From Chiloscyllium plagiosum (lineage: Eukaryota), in assembly GCF_004010195.1 (NCBI RefSeq), contig NC_057728.1:42723552-42787551 (forward strand): a DNA stretch of 64,000 nucleotides. Direction: 5' to 3'. Of this stretch, positions 39,354-53,661 are shown one piece after another; the first letter of the stretch is position 1; each line of letters begins with the position of its first letter. The notes under the pieces are model-generated. The model searched no databases and had not been told where the DNA came from. It saw only the letters and a program-made list of their open reading frames with translations. The position numbers and the translations under genes were made by a program.

Positions 39354-39912
39354 TGTCTCTGAGTTGAATCCAGTATAAACATATCCCTCCTTAAGTATGA
39401 ACACTGTACGTTGTGCACTAAGTGCACTCGAACCAATACCTTGTGCATTTTTGGCAGGATTTCTCTATTTTACACTTCTTCCCTTTTGCAGTAAAGGCCA
39501 ACATCACATTTGCTTTTGTAATTATTTATTATGACTGACTGCTAACTACTGAAAGCAACACCCAGATCCATCTGTGCCAGAGCATTCTGCATTCTCTCCC
39601 TATTTAAGTAATATCCTGTTTTCCTATTCTTTGGCTACAAAATGGCTTCACTTGGCCTTAGGGAGAGGCCCTGTCTGCTAACCTTGCAAAGTCTAGTAAA
39701 ATGCCAGCATTGGCAAGAAGGTAGCTGGTTTGCCACCACCTCTACACAATATTTGCATTTCCCTGTCTCCCAGTTCACACTCTGAGGTACTTAGCAAATT
39801 CACTCGCAAACACACATGCTGTGAAAAAAGTGATAATTTTGGCATTGATCATATTTATTTTAAAAATGGTGAGTTATTGAGGGTAAATATATTTATATGT
39901 TTTCAAATTTAG

Positions 39913-40059
39913 GGAAGATATTGCAGAACAGCACCAGAGGACTGATGTTCTTTTTTATGAACCTGCTGCCATTTACAAAATATGAAGTGTTTGTAACTGC
40001 TGAAACAATGGTTGGACTTGGACCAAAAGCGAGTGCTGAAATCACTACATCATCAGAAG
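39913..40059 (+). CDS. PTPRQ: PTPRQ exon (GKILQNSTRG...NLLPFTKYEVFVTAETMVGLGPK...SSE)
   Basis: tttag| and |gtaacg; phase 1 to 1. Confidence 0.95.
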
Positions 40060-43000
40060 GTAACGTTAAAGGATGTAGTGGAAAATTGTTGCACATCATT
40101 GAAATAGTAGCATGCATCTTGTAACTGGTAGGTTTTTGATTATTTTCATTTTACTTTGCATTTCTGGTGAGTCAATGAAATGGAAGCTTCGCTGACTGCT
40201 AAAATAATGGTTCTATGTAAGAGAGATCATGTTAAACACTGAGACAGAAGGACGGCGTGTGGTTAATGAGGTCTTTCTATTTGCTGCTGCTGAATTTTAT
40301 TAACTGCCACAATAAAGTACATCCCAAAATGCTCCTCGAATAACACACAAATTGTTGAATTGTAGCTAAAGTCAGAAAAAGCAGGAAAACAGAAGAAAAG
40401 AAAGATATGCTATTTATAATTTTATTCAAAGTAAGATTGACTGGAGGTTATTTTGGTAATAAAATAAAAGTAATGGCTGTTGTGTGAATCAGACACATCT
40501 ACTTGTGAGTGTGATTTTAACACACAATTTTGGTCCCAGTTGAAACTGATAACTTGAAGTTGCCCGTGGAGTGTTAAATCAGACACCTGCAAGTTTAAAA
40601 CTCAAATCCTAATTAAACATTATTTTCATTAAGCAGTCTTGTTGAGCTACTGTCACATTCACTGTCCCAAAGATGTGACATGTGCTGGTTGACACACCAC
40701 GTGATGTTTCAGCATGACTCAGGGACTATCTAAGAGTGTAATCTCAGGCACTACACCAGACATCTTGATGGAGAAGGGTGAAAAGGTGTTCAACAACCCA
40801 ACCGGAATGATATCTAACTCGTTCTCCTGGCCCTTTCACCCTTCTTTCCTGCATTAATGGATGGCCTCATCTTTCCTTCCTTATACACCTGAACACTAAG
40901 GCAAATGTCCATCACCAAGTTGGTGACCAAATGTTTCCTTACTCTTGGTAACTCCTAGGAAACTGTCCAATAAGAGAGCAGCACAGCATCTACTAATTTT
41001 AGATGAAGCCCTCAGAGAGTTCCCAGAATTAATGTTGATGGCTGGTAAAGTCTGACAAAGTATGTCAGAAAGTCTTCCAATCTAGCAGCAAGTGGACAGT
41101 AAAAGGTGATTTTCATTTAAGTAGTGCTGAAAATTCTCAGTGTAGTATTTTCCTGGATGATCACTTCTGATACCCTTTAGTAATTGTCACTCCTACCGTT
41201 TTGTGGTAATGAGTAAGGATTGTTTAAGATAGTTTGCTTTCACAAATCGTCCTTTGTCTTTTCTTTGTTTTGGTAATGATTAGTGGTAGAGGATACACAC
41301 CATAGCGTGTCTACAGAAGAGACACCTTTGAGTAAAGGAGAAGACATTATAGCAGTAAGTGGAAATACATTTCATGAGGCATATTATTAAGACCTTAGGG
41401 AACTGATGCAGATGAATTTACTCCCTTCAAAAGGTAGAAGATAAAAGCTAGTAGAACTCGGTTCCACCCACAGACTTTGTGGGCTATCAGTAGAATGGGT
41501 GAGACCAATGTAATGCGAACAATGTAGTACCTTGTACGACATCTCCACTCAAGCTTTATTTTCACCTTAATGAACCAATTATAGATCATGTATACAAGTC
41601 TACTATATTTACTATTACTGGATCTCCTCCCAAGTCTCTGATTTCACAAATGTAGATGGTCTGGATGTTTCACTTTTCACAGACTGAACTTTCTATGGAT
41701 TTGGCAGAATGCTAGATCTTTCACTTGAGGGCTGTTGATCTTGGTCTGATCTGTGGATTATTTCGCTGCTGAAGGATCTATTATCTCTCAGATATCCTTT
41801 GCAGAGGAAATTACGTTGCTGTTGGTCTTCTACCTTATCTGAAGGACCTTTCATCTGAATTTCATTTACTGAGGAACCTTTCTCCGCTACTCACAATATT
41901 ATCTGGTAACATCATTCGGCTAACCCTTAACCTCATGAATGTTCACCCCGGAGGACTTTCTCCCCTTTTAAATCCTGAACTTCTGGATCAGGCTGTATCT
42001 TCCTCATTGAAACAGCTACTCTCTTTTTTACAGTATGCTGGATGCTTAAACCAGGCAATTTATTCTTTTTAGACATATTGTGGGTATTGGTTTGATTTCT
42101 ATGGGTCATATGCAATTCCTCTTCATTGATTTATAATGAAATGATGTGGAAGTGCCAGTGTTGGACTGGGGTGGATAAAGTTAAAATTCACACAACACCA
42201 GGTTCTAGTCCAACAGGTTTATTTGGAAGTACAAGCTTTTGGAGCGCTGCTCCTTCGTCAGATACCTTCATCAATGCTCTGAAAGCTTGTACTTCCAAAT
42301 AAACCTGTTGCTTTATAATGAAGACATCTGCAGTCAGCCTTTGTGGTTAGTTGATTGTGGAAGTAGACTTCTATATGCTCTCAGTTTTGTTGTTGAAAGA
42401 TTACTGTTCACAAAGCACAAACTCTGTCACCGGCATTGAGTGTTCTGTTGTATCAGTCTATTCTCCAAACTATTCCATCGTCAGAACAACATCAGTGAAA
42501 TATCCTTGAATAAGGTCAAGTGTGTTTTGCTGCTCACATTTGCTATCATTACATGCTTCGCCTTGAAGGCTTTGCACAGTTTTAGCTTTTGATCTGCCTT
42601 CAATGATGACAGGAATGTTTTCCAGTCTTGACTGTTGTATGTACATCTTACATATGAGGCACAGAGAGTGTGTGAATAGCTGAAGGAGTCGAGGAAGAGC
42701 CTGGTGGAAAGGGAGGGATGAGAAATTGCCAATGTGTGGCAAAATTCCAGAGGGCCAGGAACCTGGTAGAAACAAAATGGACACTAAGACTGACAATATG
42801 TACAGGCCATCCTCCCAACTGTGTTCCAATTGGGGACTTAGTCCCAACATAATCTCCCTTCTGCCATGTTTTCCCACTCATCCCCAGAAGAAGAGAGAAT
42901 TTGGGGGTTACGTGTAAGGTCTGAAGGTGTTAAAATCATTATTAAGCTATGAATGCAAATTGTCCAGCAGAAAAATAAACTCCTGTTCTCTAAGGTACAA

Positions 43001-46000
43001 AACATTGCATGGAACTTTCTGTTTACTTTACTGTGCTTCCTCTTGCTTTGTTCCAAAGATTTGTTAATCAGAAATGGCTTCCAATTTTGCTAAAGGATCC
43101 AGGTCTAAAACCACAAAATGATTTTGTTTAAAATGTTAATTGACAGTCAAGTGTGAACCCAACTGCAATTTTTTTATGGTGCTACTTTCCACCTTTTTTG
43201 TTATTAATCTGCATCAAATGCATAATGAACATTTCAAAAATAATGTTCAAAATTTGTTCCAGGATTTTAAAAAATCTATTAAAGTAAAAATATAAACATT
43301 ATTGATCTGCTACCATTAGATGGCAGTCATTGACAGAGTTGCTACCCTATCCACAAGAGTATCTCAGTCCTACTTAAGAGAACAAAACTAAATGTTGTTT
43401 TCTGATTACTTCTTACAGGAAGTGTGATTCAAATGTTTTGTTTCTTTGGATGTTAAATCAGTTGATGGGTGCCATCCGACTTGACCTTTAGTTTGTCAGT
43501 ATTTTGGAAGCTTGGATTTAAATGTACTAACTTTATCTGAAGCTTTCAGAATTTCCCAAATATTGACAGAATACCCCCCAACCTGCCGTCTTAAATTCCT
43601 ATTGTGGCTTAGTTCTCAGTTCAAGACAAAAACAGAAATTGCTGGAGAAATTCAGCAGCATCTGTGGGAAGAAAGCAGAGTTAACATTTTCAGTCTGGTG
43701 ACTCTTCGTCAGAACACATGCCTCAGTTCCCTGACTTAATGTTTGAAGAAAATGAAGAGGGGAATTTTTAACATGGATGGTGCATGTATTTAGGCACAGA
43801 TGGAAGCTAAATCAAGGAAAGGCTTGAGTTGTCTGTGAGCTTCAACCCATCGACTTCTGTATTTTAGTCCAACACACAAAGGTGTGTGCAGGAAAGCTCC
43901 TAAGGGAGAGGCGAGTAATTAATTTCAATTTGTTAATCATTCAGTAAGAGTGATATTAGCACATTTTTTGGTCATATAAAGGGTGGATTCAAGATTTCTC
44001 AGGCTATGGGAATCACTGGTAAGAGCAAGATGAGAATACAGTGGCAGTTTAGAGAACTGAATATGTAACAAACCAAAAAAAAATTACTCCTTAAAATTTG
44101 CAAATTTTCTGAAGAGTCACAATCTGACACGTAAGGGTCAGTTCAGCACTTCTTCAGAAATATGGAACCGTACTTCCATTCTGACAGTTCTTTTTAGAGC
44201 AGAACTATAAAAGGGAACTAAACCAAGTCTCCCTTTCAAAGCAGCCAATTGCTGTATTCCGAAATTTAAAGATTCTGACAGCAACTTTGACAGCTGCTGT
44301 CAAATCACAAGTACATAAAGGAAACTGTGATTAGGGTGCTGGGAGGGTAGAGTGCCAGGTAAGAAGAATGTCAGCTGAGATGTATACCACCTGTGAACAG
44401 ATTAGAATGCCAGATAAGTAGAGGGAAGAGTGCTAGGTTAGCAGTATGTTAGCTGGGTGGTATTTCAGGTAAGTAGATACTAGCTGGATATGGTGTCACC
44501 TAGGGAGGGGGTATGCACCAGGGTTATGACATCAGACAGATAGAGGAATTGTTTGCGAGGTGACAGGTGCCAGCTGGATAGGGTGTCAGAAGGGAGTGGG
44601 TAGGGTGCCAGGGGTAGGATGCCAGATGAGTGAAAAGTGGAATGCCAAGTAGTTAAGGTGCCAGCTGTGTAAGGGGTAGGCTGCCAGCTGGTTAGGATAC
44701 AGAGTGGTTAGGGTACTAGTGTGACAGCCTCTGGGCCATATATGGACTCTTGTGAGTCTCTGCAGATCCCCTCTTTCCCTTGGAGCTACCGATCTATTAT
44801 CAGCAGACTGATGGCTCATCCAATTCATGATGCTCAGCCTGCCCTCACTACACATGGTGCTTCTGTTGTTGTGGTTATCAACTTAATCCTCAGCTGAGGT
44901 CCATAGAATCACAATGTATGTGACAATGTATCAGATAGATCAGAGATCCAAAATGTACATCAGAACTGTAAAACTCCAGGGTGTATAAAGTAATTTGTCA
45001 GCATGAATGTTGTGAACAAATCCTTTCACGTAAGCAAGTGCAACCAGCTGTGAGTACTGAGTACTTACTGACATAGTTCCTTGTTTTGATGAGATCCCCC
45101 TTTAAGTTTTATTAAGCATCACTTACTTCTCACTTTTCTTTCACTGGCAAGTTTCAGGAAACATAGGATAAAATTAAATTTCATATTAATATGGCTGTAA
45201 TTAAGTGATTAACCTATTGAAATTGTAGCTCATCTCTCTTGAGGAGATCGCTCAAATTTAACCAAAACCACTGTGGTTTAGTGAGGAAACTGGTCAGTTG
45301 ACACATTTATGTTTCTTTAGGATTTCATCCAAATCTATGTGGTCACCAATGTTACAATGTTCTTGTCAGTATGGCCTGAATATCCATAGATTCATTATTA
45401 CAGTGCACATTCAGCAAAATTACCTAGTATTGTGATAGACCAATCTTTGGCTCAAAGAATAGGAATTACTTTGCTGTCCATCTTTTTCATTTCTCACCTG
45501 CAACTGTTCTCTTCTGACTGTTGTTGGGACGTGCTTACTAATAGCCATTCACTATTGCATTACAGCGATCATTTTTAAAAACTGATCTGGGATAGTAAAG
45601 GTCAGGGAATTCAAAGATTATGAACACCAGAGCAGATTCTGTTTCCAACCCATACTGAAAGTAGACAAGCAGGAGGCTGGAAGAACTCAGCAAGCCAGGC
45701 ATCAATAGGAGGTGGAGAAGTCAATGTTTCAGGTATAACCCTGCCTCAGAAATGGAGGTAGGGATAGGGGAAGCTGCAAATAAAGAGACATGTCGGAGAG
45801 GGTATGGGTGGGAAGAGGGGTGGAATAGTGAGGTAGTAGTTGATGAACACAGGTAGTGAGGCTGGCCTGGTTGGTCAATGGGAGGAATTAATCCGGTCGG
45901 TAGCTGTCTCTCACTTGTCTACTTTAGGTTCCAGCATCTGCAGTTTTTTAGTCTCTCCAACCAGGTCATACCCACCTATCACACTGTTCACCGATCACTA

Positions 46001-46839
46001 CCTCACCATTCTGCTCCCCTCCCAACCCAAAACACTTCCCCAGCTCTCTTCATCTGCAGCTTCCACTCCCCCCACCTCCATTCCTAAAGAAGGGTTATAC
46101 CCGAAACTGTCCCACCTCCTGATGTTGCCCAGCTTGCTGTGTTCTTCAAGCCTCCTGCTTGTCTACTATGGATTCCAGCATCTGCAGTTTTTTTGCCTCC
46201 ATCTCATATTGGAGCACACACATTTCAACACCTTCAGTAAAATATTTACCTCTCTAACTCATGTGGACTCAGCTCAACTACAACATTATTGAGATCAATT
46301 AACTGATTGCACACTGAGTATTCAAGTCCAAACTCAAGCTGTATGGCTTATTATTGCAAAAAATGTGTTTTTTTCTACTGTAGTATTGGTGAACCATGGA
46401 ATTCTGTTTTCATATTTATTGTCACCTTTTACTTTTGCTGTATTATACATAATTTGCAACTTGATGGGTGGACAAGTGACCTGTTCCTGATTTGCCAGTG
46501 ATGCTTTTGATCTGTTTTGCAATAGATGCCTACTCATATTTTAATTTATCTTCAAAGTCTAAAAGGTTGGTTGAGAATTGGGCATTCGGATGCTGATCCT
46601 TCCTCTCCATTAAAGCTTCATATCCTCTAGCTTAATCAAAATTATTTTCGATTATTTGAACTGCAATGTGAGAACTTTAGTGCAGAATAGGAAAATCATA
46701 ATGTGAAATAGATTTGTAAAATTACTTGTAATGGCAATTATGGCTCAAATCCTAATCTGTAATTTATGTCTGTACCCTATTAAAGTATTGAATATACAAA
46801 ATAGAAACATGTTTACATTTGAACTATTCATTGTTTTAG

Positions 46840-47012
46840 TTCCAGGAGAAGTATTTGATTTTAAAGCAACAGAGGTTGAAGCTAAATCTGCAAGATTGGA
46901 ATGGGGAAAGCCTCGTCAACCAAATGGAATTATTATTCAATATCAAATCACTGTCTTTCTAAAGGAGTCTAAGATATCTGTACAAAATATAATCTTGACA
47001 GAAAACAATCAG
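46840..47012 (+). CDS. PTPRQ: PTPRQ exon (VPGEVFDF...WGKPRQPNGIIIQY...ENNQ)
   Basis: tttag| and |gtatgc; phase 1 to 0. Confidence 0.95.
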
Positions 47013-47214
47013 GTATGCTGTTTATTTTATTTTTCCTGGATGTTATAAACTTAAACAACATATAGTTATTTTATATTTTTTATTAGTTAAGTTTCACACT
47101 GTAGACGTGTTCCCTCATGTGGGGTTTGATGTTTAATCATCTTTCCCTTTATCTTCATTTGGATATAGGAAACCAACTATGGATTCATTCTTATATAAAA
47201 GCATTGCTCAAAGA

Positions 47215-49015
47215 CAGTTAAGGGCAAGTCATGACTGACAAATTCGAATGAGTTCTTTGACGAGGTAACACAGGCAGTGGATGGGTGTAGTGCTCTGGAT
47301 GTTGTATATTTGGACTTTCAGAAGCCACTTGATATGGTGCCACATGGTAGGTTGGTTAGAAAATTACAAAATGTTAGGGATTGATGGTCATCGGCAGTAT
47401 AGATTAGAAGTTGGCTAAAAGAGCGTGGGTATAGATGGGCAGTTTCTGAGACTGGAGACGAGTTGAAGGTGGGGTTCTGAAGGAATCAGTGTTAGGACCC
47501 CTTGCGTTTTTTGATTTATATAAGTTATTTGAATATGAGTGTTGAGGGGTAAATCTCTTCAGAGAGGCATCAAATTCAGAGAGACATTGACAAGTTGGCC
47601 AAATGGGCAGCCACCTGGCAGATGATTTTCAATGCAGAGAAATGCAAAGCAATGCATTTTGGTAGAAAAAGCATGGAGAGGCTCACTGATTCAACCTTGA
47701 GGGGAATATAGGGGCAGAGGGACTTGGGTTTCATGGGCTACTTCTCTGAAGGTGGCCAGGCAATTTGAAACAGTTATTAAAAAGGCTGATAGGATCCTTG
47801 AATTTATAAATAGAGGCATAGAGTATAAAAGCAACGAAGTGGTGCTACACTTCTACAAATCATTGGTCAGTCCAAATTTGGAGAATTGTTTTCAGTTCTG
47901 GGTATCTTATTTAAGTAAGGATGTTAAACCCTTGGAGAGAGTGCAAAAAGGTGACTTACCAAAATGATACCAGGAATGAGGGTTTTGAGATACAGGAAAG
48001 ATGAGAGAAATTGGGCATATTGCCTTGGGGGAAAGAAGATTAAAAGGTGACCTTGTTGAGTTTGATTTTCTGTTGTCATAGGTACCAAGATACAGTGAAA
48101 AGTATTTTGTGTGCTATATGGGCAGATCATACTATATAAAGTGCATCAGGGTAGCAGAACAGAGTGCAAAATATAGTGTTACCATCACAGACAAGATGCA
48201 AGAGATATATCAGTATTAATATTTGAGAGGTCTGTTCAAAAGTCTAATAACAGCGGGGAGGAAGCTGTTCTTGAATCCATTTGTACATGTTTTCAAACTT
48301 TTAGATCTTCTGCCTGACGGAAGAGGACGGAAGAGAGTATAACCAAGGTGGGCGGGGTCTTTGATTATGTTGGTTGTTTTCCCGAGGCAGTGAGAAGTAT
48401 GGATGGAGTCAATGGATGGGAGGCTGGTTTGCATCATGGACTGGGCTGTGTTTATGACTCTAGTTTCTTGCGATCTTAGGAACAGCAGTTGCCATACCAC
48501 ACTGTGATGCATTTAGATAGGATACTTTCTAGGGTACATCTATAAAAATTGGTAAAAGACCTTGTGGACATGCTGAATTTCCTTAGCCTCCAAAAAAGTA
48601 GAGATGTTATTGTGCTTTCTTGACCATTGCATTGACATGGGTGGGCCAAAACAGATTATTGCAATTGTAAACAATTTTGACAGCATAAAGAAGGATGTTC
48701 TATTTCCACTAGTTGGTATGTCAGTAACTCGGGCTCACAACTTCAGGATTGTCAGCAAGAGATTTAGGTGTGAGACAGGAGAAACTTCTCTTCTCAGAGA
48801 GTTGTTAGGATTTGGAATGCGCTGCCATGGAGAGTGGTGAAGATTCTTTCAAAGGAGATTTCTGAAGAGATATGTGTATATATTTGAAAGTGATGAATTT
48901 AGAGGACTATGGAGATGGGGCTGGTGAATGGTACTAACTGGGTAGCTCTTTAGGCAGCCACGATTGACGCAGTGAGTCAATTGCCTCCTCTGTACTGTAA
49001 CTTTCTATGATTCTA
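47215..49015 (+). mobile_element. Degenerate CR1 LINE with a nested Rex/Babar-like fragment (about 48058-48650, - strand)
   Basis: CR1 ORF remnants (VIKKADRILEFINRGIEYKS); the nested piece resembles 10310-10900. Confidence 0.75.
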
Positions 49016-51956
49016 TAGCCCAAGAACTCATTAGGCCTAATTGAAATAATAACCAGAGGGGTGGCAGGTTAGAGCAGTCATAGAATACCTTGGCAACAGT
49101 TCCTTGAAATTGGAATTTCAAATTAAACTTGAGATATGATTACAATATGAATATTCTACAAATTATTTAATAGAAAAATAGTTTGAATGGTAAACTAGGA
49201 AAGTTGGACTGGATAGGAGGGTTAGAAAGGAGAACATTGGAAAAAAGCTGTCATTGATTTACAAATTCAATATTCTGTGCATTCCTTCTTGATCAAGTCA
49301 AGCTGATATCTTAAACTATCTGAATGACTATTATACAGTCAAAATTATACTGCTCAATAACTATGACATGGGGTGGGGAGGTGTGTAAGGAGTGGAAGTT
49401 AATGGAGGGTGAATTCTAACAAAGACTTGTAGTAACCTTAATTGGATATTCATGTCTTTTGCATGTTTACTTCTTCAGCTACTCTTTAAAGGCAAACGGA
49501 GCCTACATTTATTGAAGTAAGGACAAATACCAACATTAAGCTGCCTTATCTCCCAGCATGTGCATATACAGAACACCATTTGTAACTCTTTTGTTCCATT
49601 CAGCTTCATTTTGCTTATCATGGTAAAAGTAAATAGTGAATATGCCAGACAATATTCTATTACAGAAAGCCAGACAGTGATGGATAGGACTACAATTGTT
49701 CAGAACAAAAGCCCAAATATTTGTTTTGAACCCTAGTTGGATTGAAAGTGACTCATTTACCTTTAAATGTTCTTCTGCGCTAGAAATTCTTGGACAAGGG
49801 GCCTCCTGTAACTTATCTGTCCAGGAATCCAAATATCTAAGAACAAGTAAAAATCAGCATAGAAACTGCACCCCTTCTGCAGCATTCAGTATGCCATGCT
49901 CTGTATCTCGAAGCTCCAGTAATACAACCAGCCACTTTGACAGCTTCAATGAAATGGTAAATATGTAAGATGTCTCACAAAGAAACAGGGTAGTGCCAGC
50001 AGGCACCTTGAAGAGAGAAGGAATCACATATAGGCACCCCAGAAATCTCTTCTCAATCATCCAGACATATCAGGATCCCCTCCACCTCGACCCTATCTAA
50101 ATCCCAACCCTGTAATGAATGAGGGTGAGCCTGTAACTGGAGAAGCCACTATAAATACATCTGTGTGCTCTCACCACAAGCGCTCCCATATTCAATTGCC
50201 CAAATATTCCAGGCTAATAGGCTCCAGTATTGAGGAGGCTCCCATCACTACAGCTACAGATCCAGGGACTCCACCTAGACTTGTAGTCAGGCAAAGGGAA
50301 AACATATTTTCTGAGGACACATAGATGGCTTCTATAAATAAATATGCTGTTTAAATCATCATGTGCTTGATCAACTATCATTTTAGCTGGCTACATGGCT
50401 ACCATGTCATATTTAATACCCTCTTCATACATTACAAGAAGTATAGAAATTATAGTGGTGAGTCACTGCTCATCTCTGAGAAGTATCCTGGACAACAATA
50501 GATTTCAGACAAAAATAAATGAAGAATTTATGGAAATCAGAAACAAATCATTGGGATTTCTCTCTCCTAGGCTATTGCCTAGGTTTCTTTCTCCACAATT
50601 GACCCTCCCCTTGCTTGAAACCTCCAGACATATCTGGTCTTGTCTATATTTTATGAATCTTTACTGTTGCTTCCTAAATCCAGATTTGTCTTTCCTCACC
50701 CCCGTTTGAATATTTCCAATCTGGTTTCTTTCCCTGCCTGAGCAGTGAAACAGCCTTAATGAAAATCATAAATGGGATTGTCTATAACTGACCATAATGC
50801 ATTATCCATTCTTGGCATGTCTGTGGAATTTCCAGCAGCTCTTCCACAGCTCTGGCCTGTTATAAAAACAAAAAATATTAGCAATACTGAGAAAATCAGG
50901 TAGCAGTTGTGGAGCGAGAAACAGTATTCATTTCAGCTTAATGCCCTTTCATCAAAGCTAGGTAAAACTGGAAATGAAATACACTTAGTCTGCATATAAT
51001 TTGAGGTATGATTCAAGCAAATCCCTTCCCCAGGGGGTGAGAAGCCTCTGTAGTTGTTGCAGTTTTCTTTGTTGCCATTTATTTTTGTATGGCAAATTTT
51101 GCATCCTGCATCTCATGTGGAACAGAGCTTACCTTCCAGCAGAAAAAGACAAACCCATGAAAGGGGACAATGGATCAAATTTTTCTTGCTTGAGCAATCC
51201 AAATGGGATTCTATCCCGGCTAAGTGCCCTTCTTTTTGAAAGGCATGAAGCCTCCTTGAGTTCAAGTGTTGAGGGTTCTTCATCTATTTTCAACATGGCA
51301 GGAAGCTCTGGTCATGGTGTAAAATATAGACCAAAGGATGTCTGACTCATTGGAGTATAGCTTACAGTAGTGGTCAGGCCACTGTGTTTACTTCTCATGG
51401 TGAGTACTTCAATTTCTGCTGACTTCAGAGAAGCAACTTTAGCGATGGGAGGACAAGTGCACCCACTCAAGACCTTCATTAATATCTCATAGGCATGGGC
51501 AGTTTGGATTTCTTGAAGTCCAAGAAACATGTTGATCCAGTGTTTATTTATGCAGTATCATCCTGTCTTTTGCACATCAGTCTTGGCTACTTTCATGCTG
51601 TACAGCAGTTTAGTGGTTGGGTTTATGAATGTGACATGTGGACTGTTTTTTACATCAGTGATGGATATGTCAGCTGAGTAGATGCAAACCTCAAATCATA
51701 ACACATAGCAATTACTGTTAAATAACATAAAATAATACGAGAGATAGGGAATAACAACAATAGAACCTAAAACTTTGAACTTAACACCATTATGTTTAAG
51801 GACAACAAGAAATGTGAGAGCTTAAAATAAGAAGACAGTACTTATCTCCTAGTGGTCACCTGGGATCCACCTCCTTCTTTCATTTATCCTGCTGGCTGTT
51901 GCTTCCTATATCAGTTTCAGTTAAGTAGAAACAAAGTTAAATGAAATCACATGTAC

Positions 51957-52080
51957 ATTCCTGAAGAAGGGCTTATGCCCGAAACGTCGATTCTCCTGTT
52001 CCTTGGATGCTGCCTGTGCGCTTTTCCAGCAACACATTTTCAGCTCTGATCTTCAGCATCTGCAGCCCTCACTTTCTCCT
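51957..52080 (+). mobile_element. Penelope-like end with intact minimal hammerhead (51958-51991)
   Basis: TTC-CTGAAGA-AGGGCTTATGCCC-GAAACGTC-GAT. Confidence 0.8.
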
Positions 52081-52270
52081 GTACAATTAGGTAATCAAGA
52101 TAAATATATATCCAGTAAATCAGGGAATTTGAGGAGCTAAATTTATAATTGATAGTTATTTGATACTAATGTTCTGATGAAACAACTAAATGGGTAATTC
52201 GTACAACCTTGATTTGTTCAAATATTTAAGTTATTGAAAAATATATTCATGGATTTTTTTAAAATTCTAG

Positions 52271-52823
52271 AATATGAATATGGGAAACTCTACTGAACCA
52301 AAACTTCCTGGTATGTTGGTCACAGTCTCCACTACGTTGACTTCAAAAACTGATGCGATATTTACAGACGTGGATGAAGGATCTGCTGAGCTGATATCTG
52401 ATTCCTCATCTTTCGAACCTGCAGTGACTTTACCGACTTTTTCACCAGATAAGGAATTAACCCCTGTTAATTCAGACTTGCCTGAGACAACTACTGTACA
52501 TGAAAAAAGCATGACTGCATCTGTGCCTGATCAACTAACATCACATGCAATCACTTATTCTAAACCTTCAATGCCTAGTACCACACACTCAATGGCTGCT
52601 ACTGGATTCTCTGAATCATTTACTAAATCAACAACCTCTAGTTTCTTGGGGCCCTTTGAATCTCATCCTGCAATCAACATGACTCTCAAGCTGAGATCAG
52701 TGTTGCATAAAAGATCACTTACTGCAGTTGTCAAGGCAGGTGGAATTTCTCTGCCTTCAAGTGCTTCACCATTTCTTCCTCAATGGAGGCTTCTGGCTAA
52801 TGGCCTTCAAAATATCACTGCTA
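52271..52823 (+). CDS. PTPRQ: PTPRQ large Ser/Thr/Pro-rich exon containing DEGSAEL
   Basis: tctag| and |gtaagt; 553 nt open in phase 0 to 1, fitting both neighbours. Confidence 0.85.
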
Positions 52824-53154
52824 GTAAGTAGGTCACTGCTCCATTATGTAGTGACAACAAGTGCTAATGACCTAGTGGCATGGCGATGTAATTAGTATAT
52901 ACACTTACTCTTGAAAGTCACAAAGCATTTTTAAAGATTGTATGTTTTCAAAGCATAAGCAAAGGTTCTTCTTTCTAAAGTGAGAAAAAAGTATTAAATT
53001 ATTCCAGGTTGTTAGAATACAAATACATTTTACAAGTGTTTTTCATTGTTTATAACAATTTTAACTTCGTTATTTTTCTATTTAAAGCCAGCCGTTTCTG
53101 TTAATGTTAGTGGGACAATCTTAAAAGCTTTTTAAACTGTGCTCATATAAAAAT

Positions 53155-53535
53155 AAGATGAATAAACTGGGATTTATTTCACTGGAGATTGAGGGGTGAC
53201 CTGATAGAGGTTTATAACATCGTGAGGGGCATAGATAAGGTGAATAGGTGGGGGAGTTCAAAACTAGGGAGCATATTTTTACGGTGAGAGGAGAAAGATT
53301 CAAAAAGGACACGAGGGGCAACATTTTACACAGACAGAGTGGTTAGTGTGTGGAATGAACTGCCAGAGGAAGTGGTGGATGCAGATACAGTTACAATGTT
53401 TAAAAGAAGACATTTGGACTAAGCACATGAATAGGAAAGGTTTGGAGGGATATAGGCAGGTGGGATTAGTTTAGTTTGGAAACATGGGCTAGTTGGACTG
53501 AAGGAGCTGTTTCCATGATGTATGACTCTATGACT
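53155..53535 (+). mobile_element. CR1 LINE 3' end
   Basis: Same family as 12920-13395. Confidence 0.8.
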
Positions 53536-53661
53536 CTTAACTTCCTGCTGACTTTTTCTTACTTTTTAAAGGCTTATTTTGTTTTTCCAATCCATCTATG
53601 AATTTTACTCACTGTGAGAATGATTACATTCGGCAAGGTTTTCTTCTTCTACTTTATGCAG

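Noticed and set aside
44330..44720. Loosely repeated GTGCCAGCTGGATAGGG-like motifs
   Set aside because: Degenerate low-complexity minisatellite without regular spacing; not a CRISPR-like array.
49536..51677. Cluster of short ORFs on both strands
   Set aside because: No FN3 or other recognisable motif; the PTPRQ exon chain is complete without them (47012 joins 52271 in phase).
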